A stretch of DNA of 33,092 nucleotides from Candidatus Omnitrophota bacterium (GTDB taxonomy: Bacteria; Omnitrophota; Gorgyraeia; Duberdicusellales; 4484-171). The position numbers and the translations under genes are program-made. Positions 31,934-33,092 of this stretch are shown in pieces (the first letter of the stretch is position 1; each line of letters starts with the position of its first letter). The DNA lies in contig JAHJHM010000127.1 of the NCBI GenBank assembly GCA_018823915.1, positions 1-33,092 of the forward strand, in the 5' to 3' direction. A model generated the notes under the pieces. It was not told the DNA's origin. It did not search any database and saw only the letters and a program-made list of their open reading frames with translations.

Positions 31934-32797
31934 TCATTCGAAAAGGGCTCCTCTGGAATAAAACCGCCTTTTCTTGTTGAAGGTATCAAATATTTCTATT
32001 TCTACAATATCTCCAGAGGAATCATAAATCTTTAAAAATTTCTTTACTGCTTTTTTTGCTTCTTCAAAAGGTTCCGGCAAACCTTCCTTATATTCTTTAA
32101 TCATAATATCAAAAATTATTCCTAATTTACCATTAAGATAGTAAGCGCGTAAGTCGTTTACTTGAAAATTATCTTTAACCTCAGGGGCAGTAAATTTTCT
32201 TTCCATGCTTTGTTTTACTAGATAAGAGATAAATTCTCCCATAGTAATATCGTATTTTTGAATATGTTCACCAACTTTATCGCCCAGAGCTTGGGGATTT
32301 TCAGATGGCGAAGAAAAAGTTCTTTCATTCATTTTTTCTGTAGAAACGTGCCCTGTCGTATAGCTTTCTATTGTATATCTTACTATATCAGGGATGAATA
32401 CTATAGTGTACCAATCTATACCGATTTTTTCTATATCTGACATAACAAAACAGTAGAATTTGGGAGGCTTATCTATATTTAAGAAAATTCTGTTTAAAGA
32501 AGAATGGATTATTCTTGTATTTTTTGAAATATCTTCATTCCACCGGCCGTCTTTAGTTATGTTCCACTGGCCATCTTCATTGATAATTTTTAAAGGGGCG
32601 TAAATCCATACCGTATCTCCCACATCCCAGACATTTACATCTATGTTAAACTCATCTTCGCACATATTTTTTATCACTTTTTCAATTTCTTTGCGGGGAT
32701 ATGTAGGAGAAATAGAGCAGGAAACAAGAAAAGTGATTGAAATGCTAAAGAGAAGAACTCGTCGGATGTGCTTTGCCATGTTTTTTGTAGAATTCAT
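31934..32797 (-). CDS. Lipoprotein of unknown function
   Basis: Lipobox ITFLVSCS after a basic N-terminus. No family recognised. Alternative start MAKHIRR at 32779. The 5' end overlaps the ftsH 3' end. Confidence 0.6.
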   Translation of the reverse strand: MNSTKNMAKHIRRVLLFSISITFLVSCSISPTYPRKEIEKVIKNMCEDEFNIDVNVWDVGDTVWIYAPLKIINEDGQWNITKDGRWNEDISKNTRIIHSSLNRIFLNIDKPPKFYCFVMSDIEKIGIDWYTIVFIPDIVRYTIESYTTGHVSTEKMNERTFSSPSENPQALGDKVGEHIQKYDITMGEFISYLVKQSMERKFTAPEVKDNFQVNDLRAYYLNGKLGIIFDIMIKEYKEGLPEPFEEAKKAVKKFLKIYDSSGDIVEIEIFDTFNKKRRFYSRGALFE

Positions 32798-33092
32798 CTA
32801 ATTCTAAATAGTTCAATTCTTCTTTTTCAAGAAGTTCTTTAGCGAGAGCATCAAGAAGGATTAATTCGCGGTTGAGAAGTTTTTCAGTTTCTTTGAGGCA
32901 TTTTTGAAGAATCTCTTGAGTTTCTATATCTAATTTTGATTTCATTTCCTCAGACATTAAAGGCATTTGTTGATAATCGTTGAAGTATAATTCATGAAAA
33001 TTTCCTATATATCCAGATTCGCCCATTCCCCACTTCCATACCATTTTATGCGCTATTTTAATAGAGGAAGTAAAGTCTCCTTCTGCTCCGGG
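32745..33092 (-). CDS. ftsH: ATP-dependent zinc metalloprotease FtsH, C-terminal fragment (5' end outside window)
   Basis: The reading frame is open to the window edge. PGAEGDFTSSIKIAHKMVWKWGMGESG matches the M41 peptidase region (GA.nD...AT.iAr.MV..wGMS), followed by the helical C-terminal tail. Confidence 0.85.
   Translation of the reverse strand, partial: PGAEGDFTSSIKIAHKMVWKWGMGESGYIGNFHELYFNDYQQMPLMSEEMKSKLDIETQEILQKCLKETEKLLNRELILLDALAKELLEKEELNYLELDEFYKKHGKAHPTSSSL

Noticed and set aside
31829-32035. 68-aa + strand ORF starting in the heptamer array and running into the 3' end of the - strand lipoprotein gene
   Set aside because: It begins inside repeats, has no SD, and overlaps the convergent gene. 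It has no recognisable features.

Overview
AT-rich bacterial chromosomal segment. Positions 163-31633 form one co-directional (+ strand) block of core housekeeping genes, followed by a convergent pair on the - strand. Gene order: a regulatory PTS module (ptsN-yvcK-ptsH-ptsI), a sugar-phosphate nucleotidyltransferase, an aromatic amino-acid block (pheA, hisC-type aminotransferase, DAHP synthase, tyrA), cmk, lepA-lepB, a glycine-zipper lipoprotein, pgsA-plsY, recA-htrA-recX-alaS, hisD-hisB-hisA, a complete rnfCDGEAB operon, purN, a BatD-like secreted protein, and a split cobalamin-dependent methionine synthase (activation-domain gene plus metH). The - strand carries an unknown lipoprotein and the 3' end of ftsH. 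I saw no rRNA, tRNA, CRISPR, transposase, integrase or recognisable defence or toxin genes, and I do not see a novel protein-coding system. The unusual content is non-coding. (1) Most intergenic spacers longer than about 30 nt, though not all, carry tandem 7-nt (heptamer) arrays. These fall into a few recurring sequence families, often overlap stop codons, start codons or SD sites, and resemble cyanobacterial STRR repeats. (2) Two essential genes carry small in-frame insertions bounded by direct repeats: 45 nt in alaS and 48 nt in hisA. The alaS insertion core resembles an intergenic element between hisD and hisB. (3) A 70-nt structured repeat occurs twice, each time in a 5' leader. (4) There are several long perfect palindromes and hairpins whose G-T mismatches are wobble pairs only on the + (sense) strand. 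All homology calls come from motif recognition in the supplied translations. No database search was possible.
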